The notes: generated by a model from the letters alone, not told the origin. A stretch of 64,000 nucleotides of DNA from Candidatus Kapaibacterium sp. (GCA_963665665.1 OY762428.1:1760001-1824000), one strand, 5' to 3'; shown: positions 1 through 10,484, counted from the first letter of the stretch. Translations and numbers: made by a program.

Positions 1-28
1 GAATTGCTTTTCGGCTGCATTTAATCCT

Positions 29-724
29 GTGGGCAATTACAGGCAAATATATAATATGAGTTTGATTAAATTTGCGGATCAAAAAATGGAAAAATCTGAA
101 AAATTTGAAGATATTTACTCCTCGCCGAATAATGCGCCGTGGACATACCCGGAAATCCCCGCTGAGTTTTACGATCTGATCGAAAAGAAGATAATCACGC
201 CGCCGGGAAAAGTCCTTGAGATGGGCTGTGGCGAAGGACACATCTCAATTTTCCTGGCAAAACTCGGATTCGATGTTACCGCCATCGACCGCTCCGCTAA
301 TGCAATCAAATTTGCCATGCAGAATGCAAACGCTCAGGACGCAACAGTCGATTTCAGAACCGGGGAATTTCATGAAATAGATCATTATAATGAAAGATTT
401 GATTTTATCTTTGACTGGAGATTCCTGCACGAGATTTGCGATGAGCCCCTGCGTGAAAAGTATATTCAATCAATAACTAAGCTGCTTAAGCCGGAAGGGA
501 TATATCTATCTGTATCATTTAGTGGTGATTCCGATTTCATGGGTTCCGGCAAACTCAGGACGTCGCCTGCAGGAATCGAGATATATTTCTCACCCCTTAC
601 CGATTTACAGAGTTTAGTTGGAAATTATCTTCAGGTTCTGGATTCAGGAATAATCATTGTACCCCAGAAACCCGACCTAAAGATAAAATCAAACTATATT
701 CTTGCTAAGAAGGTAAAATATTGA
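29..724 (+). CDS. Class I SAM-dependent methyltransferase (TPMT/Methyltransf_25-like)
   Basis: Motif I VLEMGCGEG, then VTAIDRS and FDFIFDW..LH; N-terminal PW. True start may be ATG 56 or 86. Confidence 0.85.
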   Translation: MGNYRQIYNMSLIKFADQKMEKSEKFEDIYSSPNNAPWTYPEIPAEFYDLIEKKIITPPGKVLEMGCGEGHISIFLAKLGFDVTAIDRSANAIKFAMQNANAQDATVDFRTGEFHEIDHYNERFDFIFDWRFLHEICDEPLREKYIQSITKLLKPEGIYLSVSFSGDSDFMGSGKLRTSPAGIEIYFSPLTDLQSLVGNYLQVLDSGIIIVPQKPDLKIKSNYILAKKVKY

Positions 725-772
725 AGAATTGGAGGATGATTTATTTAATGAGAATTATTGAATGGTAATTAT

Positions 773-1102
773 ATGGCAAATCGTTGGGGAATACCAAAGG
801 ATGTTGAAGAAATTGTAAGAAAAAGAGATACTGCATGTGTTTATTGCGGAGTAAAATTTTCGAATGATAACACTACTCGGGCAAGCAAACCATCATGGGA
901 ACATATAATAAATGACATTAGAATAAATGGTACAGATAATATTGCTCTTTGTTGTATATCCTGTAACGCAAGTAAGGGCGCTAAATTGCTTGAGGATTGG
1001 CTTGCATGTGATTACTGCAAGAAAAAAAATATTACGGTTGATTCTGTTGCAGAAGTAGTAAGAATGGCATTACTGCAACCACCAGGATTGAAAAACAAAT
1101 AA
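773..1102 (+). CDS. Small HNH endonuclease-family protein
   Basis: RD..CVYCG ... WEHI ... NIALCCISCNASKG zinc-binding HNH pattern; ATG at 773 within ORF 758-1102. Confidence 0.8.
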   Translation: MANRWGIPKDVEEIVRKRDTACVYCGVKFSNDNTTRASKPSWEHIINDIRINGTDNIALCCISCNASKGAKLLEDWLACDYCKKKNITVDSVAEVVRMALLQPPGLKNK

Positions 1103-1317
1103 ACCCAACACAAGATATAGTTAACAAGGGTTTAAGCGGTTAGCGCAATTTTATCTCCCGCTTTAGCTTTATCGTATAGAGCTGATATTTTTACAATTAT
1201 TTTTATATTTTGTATATTCAGGGGGTTGATAAATAGAAGTTGCTTTAATCGGGTCAACTAATTATTTCTGTTATCGATATTTGTTTCGTTTTTAAAACAA
1301 CTGGAGAATCATAGATT

Positions 1318-1791
1318 ATGAATTATTTAATAATCACAATTTTGTTATTCAGTTTAACTGTTGGAGCTTTTGGGCGGGAAGAAACCATTGAAATTAAACT
1401 AAATGAAAATTACGTCCTGATTCTAACAAAAATACCCTTTGACCCCCAGAAACATTCCATCAGGGATATCGGTAATTATACTTACATCATCGACGAAAAA
1501 CCGATATTTGGAAACGACGGGCATTTGCCGAGATTTGAATTGATTAATGCTCAACTTCAATTTGACGGAAAAAGTGTGAAATTGGATACAGATTCAATGT
1601 TCGAACCCTGGTTTGAAAAAAATATCAAAAAAGAAAGCTTTAAAATTAAATACGATGAGGCAGGACTAAAACTTTCAGGTTTATTTTCTGACGGAGCAGG
1701 TCTTTATGGGGCTGAATGGTTGATAGTTGACACTGTAAGTATTAGAACGATTATTACCAAAGATGAAGAAGTTTTGTTTGAATATTTTTAA
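1318..1791 (+). CDS. Hypothetical secreted protein
   Basis: 157-aa ORF with N-terminal hydrophobic signal peptide (MNYLIITILLFSLTVGAFG). Confidence 0.7.
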   Translation: MNYLIITILLFSLTVGAFGREETIEIKLNENYVLILTKIPFDPQKHSIRDIGNYTYIIDEKPIFGNDGHLPRFELINAQLQFDGKSVKLDTDSMFEPWFEKNIKKESFKIKYDEAGLKLSGLFSDGAGLYGAEWLIVDTVSIRTIITKDEEVLFEYF

Positions 1792-1888
1792 CAATATTCT
1801 CAGTTTACTATATTGTAACTGAGATAATGCAACCGATGTTCGAGTTGGAAAAACAGCAAATAATATTTAATCAATTTGAAATATATAC

Positions 1889-2563
1889 GTGAAAGAAGAA
1901 ATTACTCAATATTACAATGATTTGGCAAAAGACTATGATAATAATAGATTTAGTAATACTTATGGGCAATATATTCATAAGCAAGAGGACGAAATATTAA
2001 TTAGGTATTTGGGCAAGAAAAATACTGAGTTCAATTTAGATATTGCATGTGGAACAGGGAGATTCTTGAAATACACAGATTATGGCATTGATATCAGTAA
2101 GGAAATGGTGAAAATATCAAGGAAGAAATTTCCTAAAAAGAGAATCTCAATTGAAGATGCAGAATCTTTATCATTTGAAGATTCATTTTTTGACAATGTT
2201 ATCTCGTTTCATTTATTCATGCATCTAAATATTGTTTCATTCAAAACAATACTTATTGAAGTTTATAGAATCTTAAAAACTGGAGGATATTTTATTTTTG
2301 ATATACCTTCAGAAAAGAGAAGAAAACTTTCAGGATACCACAGTTCCAATTGGCACGGAGGCAATCAAATGAGTGTTAAATCAATAAGAAGCCTAATCGA
2401 TCCAGAATGGGAATTGGTTTCTTTTCACGGTATAGCATTTTTTCCTATTCATCGTATACCTAATAAACTCAGAAAAAGAATTGTAATTTTGGATAGTTTT
2501 ATGAGTAATTCATTCCTAAAAGAATATAGTTCACATTTAATTTTTATTCTCAAGAAAAAATGA
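1889..2563 (+). CDS. Class I SAM-dependent methyltransferase (Methyltransf_11-like)
   Basis: LDIACGTGR, YGIDISKEM, DAESLSFEDSFFD, RILKTGG motifs. Confidence 0.85.
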   Translation: MKEEITQYYNDLAKDYDNNRFSNTYGQYIHKQEDEILIRYLGKKNTEFNLDIACGTGRFLKYTDYGIDISKEMVKISRKKFPKKRISIEDAESLSFEDSFFDNVISFHLFMHLNIVSFKTILIEVYRILKTGGYFIFDIPSEKRRKLSGYHSSNWHGGNQMSVKSIRSLIDPEWELVSFHGIAFFPIHRIPNKLRKRIVILDSFMSNSFLKEYSSHLIFILKKK

Positions 2564-3267
2564 TAAACAGGATTATTCCATACTTCATAAAAGTTAGGCT
2601 TCAATTAATTAAAAGAAGAATATATGACATAATTATGGGGTATCATTATAACTATGCGAAAAAATTGAATTACAAAAACAATTTACCAAAAACTTTAACA
2701 ATTAAACAGGAATTAAAACCAAATAAATCAAAAATGAAAAATCTGGAAATAGCAATAAAAAGTATTGAATCTGTCCAAATAAATCCAAATGAAATATTTT
2801 CTTTTTGGCATATTTTAGGTAGACCATCACAAAAGAAAGGGTTTGTAAAAAGTCGTTCTTTGGTTAATGGTAAACTGGACAATTCTTTTGGTGGTGGTTT
2901 GTGCCAATTATCAGGTTTAATATATTTTATTAGTTTATTTGCCAACCTTGAAATACTAGAAAGACATAATCATTCCATGGATATTTATACTGATGAAACT
3001 CGTTTTACTCCATTGGGTTCTGATGCTACTGTTGCTTATGGTTACAAAGATTTAAAGATAAGAAACACATTAACTAGTCCAATAAGATTTGAATTTTCTA
3101 TAGAGGAAAATAACATAATAATTTACCTTAGGCACGAATGTTTAATAGAAAAAAATAAAGTTGAGTTTATAATAAATGAGATTGATAGTACTGTTATTGA
3201 AGTTGATACAAAAATCAATAATGTACTCATAAATAAATCGAAATATCAAAGACTTCAGTTAAGCTAG
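2560..3267 (+). CDS. VanW-family protein
   Basis: I.PNEIFSFW..LG, GGGLCQLS, LEILERHNHS, GSDATVAYGYKDL.IRN signature; ATGA overlap with the upstream methyltransferase. Confidence 0.85.
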   Translation: MINRIIPYFIKVRLQLIKRRIYDIIMGYHYNYAKKLNYKNNLPKTLTIKQELKPNKSKMKNLEIAIKSIESVQINPNEIFSFWHILGRPSQKKGFVKSRSLVNGKLDNSFGGGLCQLSGLIYFISLFANLEILERHNHSMDIYTDETRFTPLGSDATVAYGYKDLKIRNTLTSPIRFEFSIEENNIIIYLRHECLIEKNKVEFIINEIDSTVIEVDTKINNVLINKSKYQRLQLS

Positions 3268-3483
3268 ATAATATGCATCCTAAAAAGCTGAAACAGTCTT
3301 AATTTATTGCAGTTAAACCTATTAATACAACAGCAATTCGCTTTGCAAGCACAGGTTTATTAAAAATTAGCCGTTATTTAAGCTCTGTATTTCCCTATCC
3401 AAATCATTCCACATGACTTTACTGTTAACCATATATTTTGTATATTCAGGTATTGATAATCCTGCTGAAGGAGGAAGATTTTA

Positions 3484-4512
3484 ATGAACACAGCTATGCA
3501 AAAATTCGAGAATGATTTTTATAATAAAGTTGCCGATTTATTGAAAGAAGCGCGGCAGAACGTTGTTCAAACAGTCAATAAAACTATGGTTCGCGCTTAT
3601 TATGAAATTGGGCGAATGATTGTTGAAGAGGAACAAAACGGAAAAGAACGCGCAGAATATGGCAAATCTCTATTGAAGGGACTATCCCAAAAATTGATAT
3701 CTGAGTTTGGAAGGGGGTTCTCGGTTACAAATCTCCAACAAATGAAGAATTTTTATGCTATTTATGGAAAACAACAGACACTGTCTGTTAAATCTGAACA
3801 TAAAGATATGAGTTTTCGGCTAAGCTGGTCTCATTATTTGTTTTTAATGCGAATAGACAGTATTGAAGAAAGAAAGTTCTATGAGATTGAAGCAATAGAT
3901 AACAATTGGAGTTTGCGCGAGCTTCGCAGGCAATTCGATGCCTCGCTATACGAAAGGCTTGCATTAAGTCGGAACAAAAATGGAATAAAAGAACTTTCTG
4001 AAAAAGGACAGGTAATCGAAAATGCAAGGGATAGTTTGAAAGATCCATATATTCTTGAATTTATCGGTCTGCCGGAAACGAACAAATATTCCGAAAGTGA
4101 ATTGGAACAAAAGTTAATCGATAAATTGGAACATTTTCTCCTTGAATTGGGAAAGGGCTTCACATTTGTTGGCAGGCAGGTTAGATTTACATTTGATGAG
4201 GAACATTTCAGGGCAGATTTGGTTTTTTACAATCGACTTTTGCAATGTTTTGTTGTTATTGATTTGAAAATCGGAAAATTAACACATCAGGATTTGGGTC
4301 AGATGCAGATGTATGTTAATTATTACGACAGATTTGTAAAACTTGATTCGGAAAATAAAACTATAGGGATAATTTTATGTAAAGACAAGAAAGATACGCT
4401 TGTGGAAATAACTTTGCCGGAAAATAATGACCAGATATTTGCGAGCAAGTATCAGACAGTATTACCCAGTAAAAAAGAATTAAAGAAATTGATTGAGAAT
4501 AAAGAAGATTAG
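3484..4512 (+). CDS. YhcG/DUF1016-family PDDEXK nuclease-domain protein
   Basis: YYEIGRMIVEEEQ.G..RAEYG, LSWSHY, KDPYILEF, FLLELGKGF, DLVFYNRLL.CFVVIDLK, DLGQMQMYVNY. Confidence 0.92.
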   Translation: MNTAMQKFENDFYNKVADLLKEARQNVVQTVNKTMVRAYYEIGRMIVEEEQNGKERAEYGKSLLKGLSQKLISEFGRGFSVTNLQQMKNFYAIYGKQQTLSVKSEHKDMSFRLSWSHYLFLMRIDSIEERKFYEIEAIDNNWSLRELRRQFDASLYERLALSRNKNGIKELSEKGQVIENARDSLKDPYILEFIGLPETNKYSESELEQKLIDKLEHFLLELGKGFTFVGRQVRFTFDEEHFRADLVFYNRLLQCFVVIDLKIGKLTHQDLGQMQMYVNYYDRFVKLDSENKTIGIILCKDKKDTLVEITLPENNDQIFASKYQTVLPSKKELKKLIENKED

Positions 4513-4646
4513 CAAAACTTAAATTTTTTGAATATTCAGGAGTTAGATGTAGTAATTATTGAGTTTATGTATGGAATATTTAATCGATTATGTTTAATTG
4601 AAAGACTTATGATTGAAATTTCTCAAATTCTAAAGGCCGGATACCA

Positions 4647-4943
4647 ATGGGTAAGACAAAATTAAAAGTTAATGAGTTAGAAATTGTTCTTTATAAACTA
4701 AATGAGGAAGAATATATCTCATTGACTGATATGGCAAAATTCCGCGACTCTGACAGAACAAATTATATCATTCAGAACTGGATGAGAACCAGAAACACAA
4801 TAGAATTTCTGGGACTTTGGGAACATCTGCATAATACTAATTTTAAAAGCATCGAATTCGATGCTTTTAGAAATGAATCAGGTGCAAACAGTTTTTCTCT
4901 TACTCCAAAGAAATGGATTGATGCTACAAAAAAGGCCTGGTAA
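4647..4943 (+). pseudogene. Truncated KilA-N domain DNA-binding protein
   Basis: YISLTDMAK, IIQNWMRTRNTIEFLGLWE.LHN.NF, F.LTPKKWI match KilA-N; the ORF stops before the usual GRYGGT.AH segment. Confidence 0.7.
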
Positions 4944-5177
4944 AATAGAGCCTAAGCAACGGCAAGATAATTTTTTAAATTTTTGGGTATGTAATAATAA
5001 GGCTGCAATCCGTTTCAATTCTCAGGCTTAATGCACAAAGAAGGAATGAAATTTTACCTACCCGCAAACGGAGTCTGGCTGACTGAATTTGTAGCACATA
5101 GATTTATTGCAGAAGAGTAGAATTTAGTTTTATTATCAAATAATTATTTGTTTCAAAATTTATAAAGGGTTGTTTCA

Positions 5178-5627
5178 ATGAAAAGATTGATTTATTCAGC
5201 ATTTGTGATTGGCGTATTTGTAATGTTTGGCTCGTCGGTAATAGCAAAGAATGCAATGAATATCGATGAATTTACCAAGGAAATCAGCAAGGCTGTTCCA
5301 AAGGAGTTCAAGTTTGATGAAAAAGGAACGGATAAAGGTAACCTGTACGTGGTTTATAAGAAAAGTCCGCAGGAAGTAATGACGGTGAATTGGCAAAAAG
5401 AATATGATATTGAGTTCCCGGACCAGGAAACAACAACTGTTAAAGGCCATAAAACAATTTTTTATTATATGGGATTCAAAAAAAGCGCGGGGATTGTTGT
5501 ATTTTTAAAAAATAACGCAGGATATCTTGTGGTTGGATTCAACAAACCCTATATGGGCGAAGAGATAGTGAAAAAGGAAGAGCTTATTGACATCGTAAAG
5601 AAATTGGATTTAAGCAGGTTTGAGTAA
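5178..5627 (+). CDS. Hypothetical secreted protein
   Basis: 149-aa ORF with signal peptide ending VIA; followed by a terminator-like hairpin. Confidence 0.75.
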   Translation: MKRLIYSAFVIGVFVMFGSSVIAKNAMNIDEFTKEISKAVPKEFKFDEKGTDKGNLYVVYKKSPQEVMTVNWQKEYDIEFPDQETTTVKGHKTIFYYMGFKKSAGIVVFLKNNAGYLVVGFNKPYMGEEIVKKEELIDIVKKLDLSRFE

Positions 5628-5639
5628 AAAAGAAGAAGA

Positions 5640-5680
5640 CATGCGCTTCAGAGCAAATACTTTGGAGCGCATGTTTTGTT
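5640..5680 (+). terminator. Intrinsic terminator
   Basis: CATGCGCTTC...GGAGCGCATG stem followed by TTTTGTT, directly after the stop at 5627. Confidence 0.65.
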
Positions 5681-5910
5681 TGAAAACCGATTCCAATATT
5701 TCGAGTATTTATGATTTGTTTAGATAATTTGTGTTTTTATGGTGCTGTAAAATAAGTAGAAGAACAAAAAACAAAAAATGCAAATAACAACTAATCTATG
5801 TTTATTGCATTTCGACTATTGAGTGCGCCCGCTTGTAGTCTCAAATTAACTATATGCCTCCGGCAGACTTTGAAAATTTGCGGCTTTAACCTCCAAAGGT
5901 TTGGTAAAAT

Positions 5911-6010
5911 AGCTCCGTAGGAGCGACACAAAAAGCGATATGCCGCAGCTACGGGGCTTATACATGTGATTGGGTAATAAATTCTACAAAAATGACGCAG
6001 CTACGCTGCT
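5911..6010. repeat. REP-like non-autonomous copy of the IS200-like element ends
   Basis: AGCTCCGTAGGAGCGACA ... GCAGCTACGGGGCTTATACAT ... CTACAAAAATGACGCAGCTACGCTGCT; closely matches 61545-61645 and 63420-63521. Confidence 0.8.
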
Positions 6011-6167
6011 TGAGAATTGTTGAATTTTATTGAAATATAAGGTTTGGATACCCTTTTTCACTGCAAAGAATCGGCATCGGCTGGCATTATCTGCGTGATT
6101 TGATGCAGATGAAAATTATTTGTATATTATTACGTATAGGAAAGTAACAAAGAAAAGGCATATTATC

Positions 6168-6392
6168 ATGGAAACAATTTCAATTTCAAAGGAAGAATAT
6201 TTGTCTCTTAAAAAAGAGAATGAATTGCTTAAAGACCAGGAGCTTTTGAACAAAATGAATATTCTTATTGATATATTGTTCGAGAAAAAATATGGCCTTT
6301 ATCTTGGCGATGACACCAGGGATTTAACTGAAGCTTTATTAGATAACCTGCCTGAGTGGAAAACCGACAGCGAGGCATGGGATGGAGTTTAA
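6168..6392 (+). CDS. Putative antitoxin paired with the MazF/PemK toxin
   Basis: Small acidic ORF (METISISKEEY..., ending SEAWDGV) overlapping the toxin start; ATG 6168 within ORF 6120-6392. Confidence 0.65.
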   Translation: METISISKEEYLSLKKENELLKDQELLNKMNILIDILFEKKYGLYLGDDTRDLTEALLDNLPEWKTDSEAWDGV

Positions 6393-6735
6393 GCAGAGAG
6401 ATGTAGTATTAGTTCCATTCCCGTATTCCGACCTCACTTCTGTCAAAAGAAGGCCGGTTCTAATTATTTCTAATGATTCCTATAACAATAAAAGGGAAGA
6501 TGTTATTGTATGTATCCTTACAAGTAATACCTTTATTGATGAATATTCTATCCCGATATCAAATGATTCTCTGGAATACGGGCTTTTGCCGGAACCATCG
6601 GTAATCAAAGCCGCAAAGTTGTTTACAATTCATAAGGCAATGATATTGAAGAAATTTAGCGTGGTTAACAAGGAAACTTTTAAAGAGGTGGTTTCGAGAT
6701 TGTCAAAAATATTCAAAAACAATGGCAAAAAATAA
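6382..6735 (+). CDS. PemK/MazF-family toxin (endoribonuclease)
   Basis: DVVLVPFPYSDL...KRRPVLIISN..YN ... L..PSVI...KLFTI. Confidence 0.88.
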   Translation: MEFKQRDVVLVPFPYSDLTSVKRRPVLIISNDSYNNKREDVIVCILTSNTFIDEYSIPISNDSLEYGLLPEPSVIKAAKLFTIHKAMILKKFSVVNKETFKEVVSRLSKIFKNNGKK

Positions 6736-6787
6736 TCTTATCAGTTCTTTGAAATTACGCATCCATCCCAGGGAAGATTTTGCATTC

Positions 6788-6889
6788 AGCTCCGTAGGAG
6801 CGATATTTTTGTAGAAAACATAAATCCCAAACGCATTCCCCAAGCTCCGTAGGAGCGACACAAAAACGACATATCCCAGCTACGCTGCT
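6788..6889. repeat. REP-like non-autonomous copy of the IS200-like element ends
   Basis: Two AGCTCCGTAGGAGCGA hairpins (first followed by TATTTTTGTAG) plus CAGCTACGCTGCT. Confidence 0.8.
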
Positions 6890-6953
6890 GATGTATTATT
6901 AAATTTTTGGAATTTTTGATATTAACTCCGAAAGGTTTTGGCAGGTGGATTTT

Positions 6954-9900
6954 TTACTCTACTATCAGCCTTTGGGAATAAATATCTGTTCCGGTTTTTA
7001 ATAATAGCATGTAAATTCCCGACGGGAAATCAGTTAAGTTCAGGATGTAATCCCCGTTGGTTTCTATATCGATATTTTTTATACAGTTGCCAAGTAGGTC
7101 ATAAATACCGAGAATGGTATTATTTATATTTGTTGAATTTATGGATATAGTCGCCCGGGCGTTTGCCGGATTCGGCGAAATAGTTAGCGGAGGAGCCGAA
7201 AACACTACTCCCCTTAAATCCGGGGCGCAGTATTCTTCTATCGTAAGCGAACCGGGCTGACGTGTTACTGTTGCTGTTGGAAAAAAGTTTACCGCATCGA
7301 TATTAACAACATTATTCATGGTGTTAAAAAGTAATAATTTACCCGATATTTTCGCAAGTATGGTATTCTCATTGCTCAGTTTGCCCTGCGATCCACTGAA
7401 TCTGATGATTCTATCGTAACCTTCTATACTATTCGAAAGTTCGTCGGCGCCCGATATAGTTAAAGGCAAAAACATAGATGCATCGTAGCTTATTGTACAT
7501 TCGTAGTTAATATCTGTTATAACAGTATTTTCATTTTTTGTCCTGGCATATACGGGAATTTCAAAATTGTCAGTTCCGGGCTTTCCTTTCAAATCCGGAA
7601 TACTGACGATAATTTCGTTATTTACAGCCTTTCCCGTGCCGCTTATCTCCGCGGAATATTTTCTTTCGCAAGGCGAGCTTACGTAAATATACACGCTGTC
7701 GGTATATTCCTGCTCCAGATCGGGCGAAAAAACAATATCAAAATCCAGCCCTGCGCCTGAAGCTATCGCTCCGGGTTCATTCCCTTCAAGCGTAAATACA
7801 TTTCCTGATAATCCTTTCAGGCTGATCGATCCCACTACGATTTCAGTATCTCCGGTATTTGTGATATTGACTGTTTTTCTGTCGCTTAGGCCGATATCAG
7901 CGGAGGGGAAATTATAATCGCTCAGGCCTTCAACTGAAATAAGCGTTTTCTTTGTAGTAAATTCTGTGCGGCCTTTGCAGCCGCTTGAATTTGTAACTTC
8001 CACCCAGAAATTGCCTGAATCGTCCATTAATATCGAAGGCGTGGTTTCGCCTGTGCTCCAGAGATAATCTTCATATACTTTTTCTAATTTTATTTCTATC
8101 TGGCCTCCTTCGCAGAAAGGAATATTACCCGTAACTTCAGGTTGCGGTTTGGGCGATTCTGTAATCCGAAAAATATCAGAAGTCCCGTCGCATCCGGAAG
8201 CGCCGCTTACTCTGACGCTGTAATCTCCGGCTTTGTCAACAATAATTTCTCTGACTGTCTCTCCTGTTGACCAAAGATATGTGTCATATTCCTGTTCTGT
8301 TTTCAGCGTTATACCCGGCCCGTCTTCGCAAATAATATCAGAGCCGATTATTTTCGGATGCAGGCTGTCGGCTATTTCAACATAAAGAGTATCCGAAGCC
8401 GCGCAGCCTGTAACAGGGTTGGTTTTAGTTGCTATCAGTTCGCCAAGGCCTTTCTGTGGCCAGTCTGTTGCAACATTGTCTTTATCGCTGTCCGAAGTTA
8501 TATTGCCGAAATTACAAGTCCATTCCACTAAACAATTATCGCTATTATCGATAGTATAAATATTACCTTCGCTTACGCAAACTTCCCGAGGGCCGCTGAT
8601 TTTAATTTCCGGAAGGGGAAGGAAATTAATCTCTACTTCATCGGATACGCCTTCGCAGCCCTGCGAGGAAATTACAGAAACGTAATATATGCCGGATTTA
8701 TTTACTTTTATCGCAGCCGAGGTTTCGCCTGTGCTCCATTTATAACTATCGTAATTTCCATTTACTTTCAGTTCAATTTCTTCGCCTTCGCATTTATCAT
8801 TGTCGCCGATAATTAGTATTTCAGGTTCGGGAGCAGGATAAACCGCCAGGCTGACGCTATATTCGTCGCTGCATCCTTGATTATTAGTGATTTCTACCGT
8901 GTATTTGCCGGATTCCTTTGCATAAATTTCTTTTGTTTTTTCCCCGGTTGACCAAAGGTATGAATTATCCGGATCATCCGGAATACTGTAGGCAGTAAGT
9001 TTCAGGCTGTCTCCTTCGCAAAAAGCATTATCTCCGCCATTATCAATTTTAGCCGTAGGCTGCTTTCCAACAATAACATATACGGAATCCCCGACGGTAA
9101 AATTATCATTTGTTGCATTAACGTGGTACCAACCGGAGAAAGAAGTAATACAATTTTTTCTGACAGGCGACGCTTTTTCCGATTCAAAATAATCCGGGCC
9201 GGTCCATGAATAGCGCATATCTCCTATAGGCCGCGATAATTGCCCGGACAAAAGCAAGTCCTCGCCTTCGCAGATTTTAATTGTATCTCCGGCATCTATT
9301 GAAACATGATAATCGCTGTTTAAAAACCTTGGATAAGAATAATTACCAACTTTTGTCGAACCAATATTTATTGTGTCAAGTTTGCATTCTGAAATATCAA
9401 AATTCGGTTTATCTATACATCCCAGATAATAAGGTTTAACATAACCATTTTCTGTTAGAACCTGACCTGTTGATAAATGAAAATATAACTGTCCGTCAGG
9501 TCCCATTAAATTATAATGAAACTCCAAATATTTAGAAAATTCCGGCGGAATCATAATTACTTCAGTATCTCCCAACGATAGTTCATCCGGGGTCACATTC
9601 ATATCTATTTGTGTAATACAATTATTATTAATAAAAAACCATAGTTTGTTTCCGTCCGGAGAAAAATCCAACAGTTCTACCGCATCATGTATTTTATATT
9701 CCTTCTTCAGTTCCATCTCTGCCGTTTCGGGATTTAAATCATAAATCGCTATTTTTGCTATTTTCTTATCCATATCTTCTCCCAATAAGGTCGCATATTT
9801 GTTTCCGTCAAGAGAAACAATATCATTATTAATTATCCAATATCCCCAATGTTTAGGGGATGCAAATTCTCCATTAATTGAATGCGAATAGCTTATCGAA

Positions 9901-10484
9901 TTTTTTGTTACATTGTAAATACAAAGAGAGTCATAACTATATGAAGAAGATTGGTTGGAATCATATCTAATAAGGCAGAAAAGCCAATAATTATCACTAT
10001 CAGGTCTATTAACAGGAGTCAATTTTAATAGCAGTGCATTTTCCTCCAATATCTTTATTTCTTTAATATCGCCAAGTCCTCCATCAAGGTCTATATCAAT
10101 AACAGCACAGGCAAATTTATGATGATTATTTTCATCCTGTTCATAGAAGAGATAATATTCATTATCACTTCCGGGTTTTTTGTGCGCAAAACAAGCGTTA
10201 TAATCTGTACTTGGATATAAAATGTTACTATTTGGCATTATTTCAAATTTTTTGTTATAAACATAATTCCCATCAAAATAAAATAGTATTTTTCCTTCAG
10301 AATCTGAAATGATTGCATGCCTTCTGCTACCATAGGAATTAATCATTATAGGCTTTGGATTTACACCATTGGGATTAAATGTAATGCCAATATTTTCTGC
10401 AATACTCCAATTATAGGTTTCTTTTTGTGCAAAAGAAGCGGACAGGCTGAATAAAATCAGAAAGGCAGTAATACAATATTTCAT
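6954..10484 (-). CDS. Large T9SS-secreted surface protein (beta-propeller-like N-terminus, Ig-like repeats, ASH/choice-of-anchor-like and cohesin-like domains, CTD)
   Basis: Signal peptide; repeated Y.WSTGET...I.V..SG.Y.V.V....GC modules; ITNTG..I; C-terminal ISPNPA...IYDLLGN...PSGIY...LIVE sorting domain. Confidence 0.85.
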   Translation of the reverse strand: MKYCITAFLILFSLSASFAQKETYNWSIAENIGITFNPNGVNPKPIMINSYGSRRHAIISDSEGKILFYFDGNYVYNKKFEIMPNSNILYPSTDYNACFAHKKPGSDNEYYLFYEQDENNHHKFACAVIDIDLDGGLGDIKEIKILEENALLLKLTPVNRPDSDNYWLFCLIRYDSNQSSSYSYDSLCIYNVTKNSISYSHSINGEFASPKHWGYWIINNDIVSLDGNKYATLLGEDMDKKIAKIAIYDLNPETAEMELKKEYKIHDAVELLDFSPDGNKLWFFINNNCITQIDMNVTPDELSLGDTEVIMIPPEFSKYLEFHYNLMGPDGQLYFHLSTGQVLTENGYVKPYYLGCIDKPNFDISECKLDTINIGSTKVGNYSYPRFLNSDYHVSIDAGDTIKICEGEDLLLSGQLSRPIGDMRYSWTGPDYFESEKASPVRKNCITSFSGWYHVNATNDNFTVGDSVYVIVGKQPTAKIDNGGDNAFCEGDSLKLTAYSIPDDPDNSYLWSTGEKTKEIYAKESGKYTVEITNNQGCSDEYSVSLAVYPAPEPEILIIGDNDKCEGEEIELKVNGNYDSYKWSTGETSAAIKVNKSGIYYVSVISSQGCEGVSDEVEINFLPLPEIKISGPREVCVSEGNIYTIDNSDNCLVEWTCNFGNITSDSDKDNVATDWPQKGLGELIATKTNPVTGCAASDTLYVEIADSLHPKIIGSDIICEDGPGITLKTEQEYDTYLWSTGETVREIIVDKAGDYSVRVSGASGCDGTSDIFRITESPKPQPEVTGNIPFCEGGQIEIKLEKVYEDYLWSTGETTPSILMDDSGNFWVEVTNSSGCKGRTEFTTKKTLISVEGLSDYNFPSADIGLSDRKTVNITNTGDTEIVVGSISLKGLSGNVFTLEGNEPGAIASGAGLDFDIVFSPDLEQEYTDSVYIYVSSPCERKYSAEISGTGKAVNNEIIVSIPDLKGKPGTDNFEIPVYARTKNENTVITDINYECTISYDASMFLPLTISGADELSNSIEGYDRIIRFSGSQGKLSNENTILAKISGKLLLFNTMNNVVNIDAVNFFPTATVTRQPGSLTIEEYCAPDLRGVVFSAPPLTISPNPANARATISINSTNINNTILGIYDLLGNCIKNIDIETNGDYILNLTDFPSGIYMLLLKTGTDIYSQRLIVE

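Noticed and set aside
2560-3267. Vancomycin-resistance locus
   Set aside because: Only a VanW-domain gene is present; no ligase, dehydrogenase, peptidase or regulator genes.
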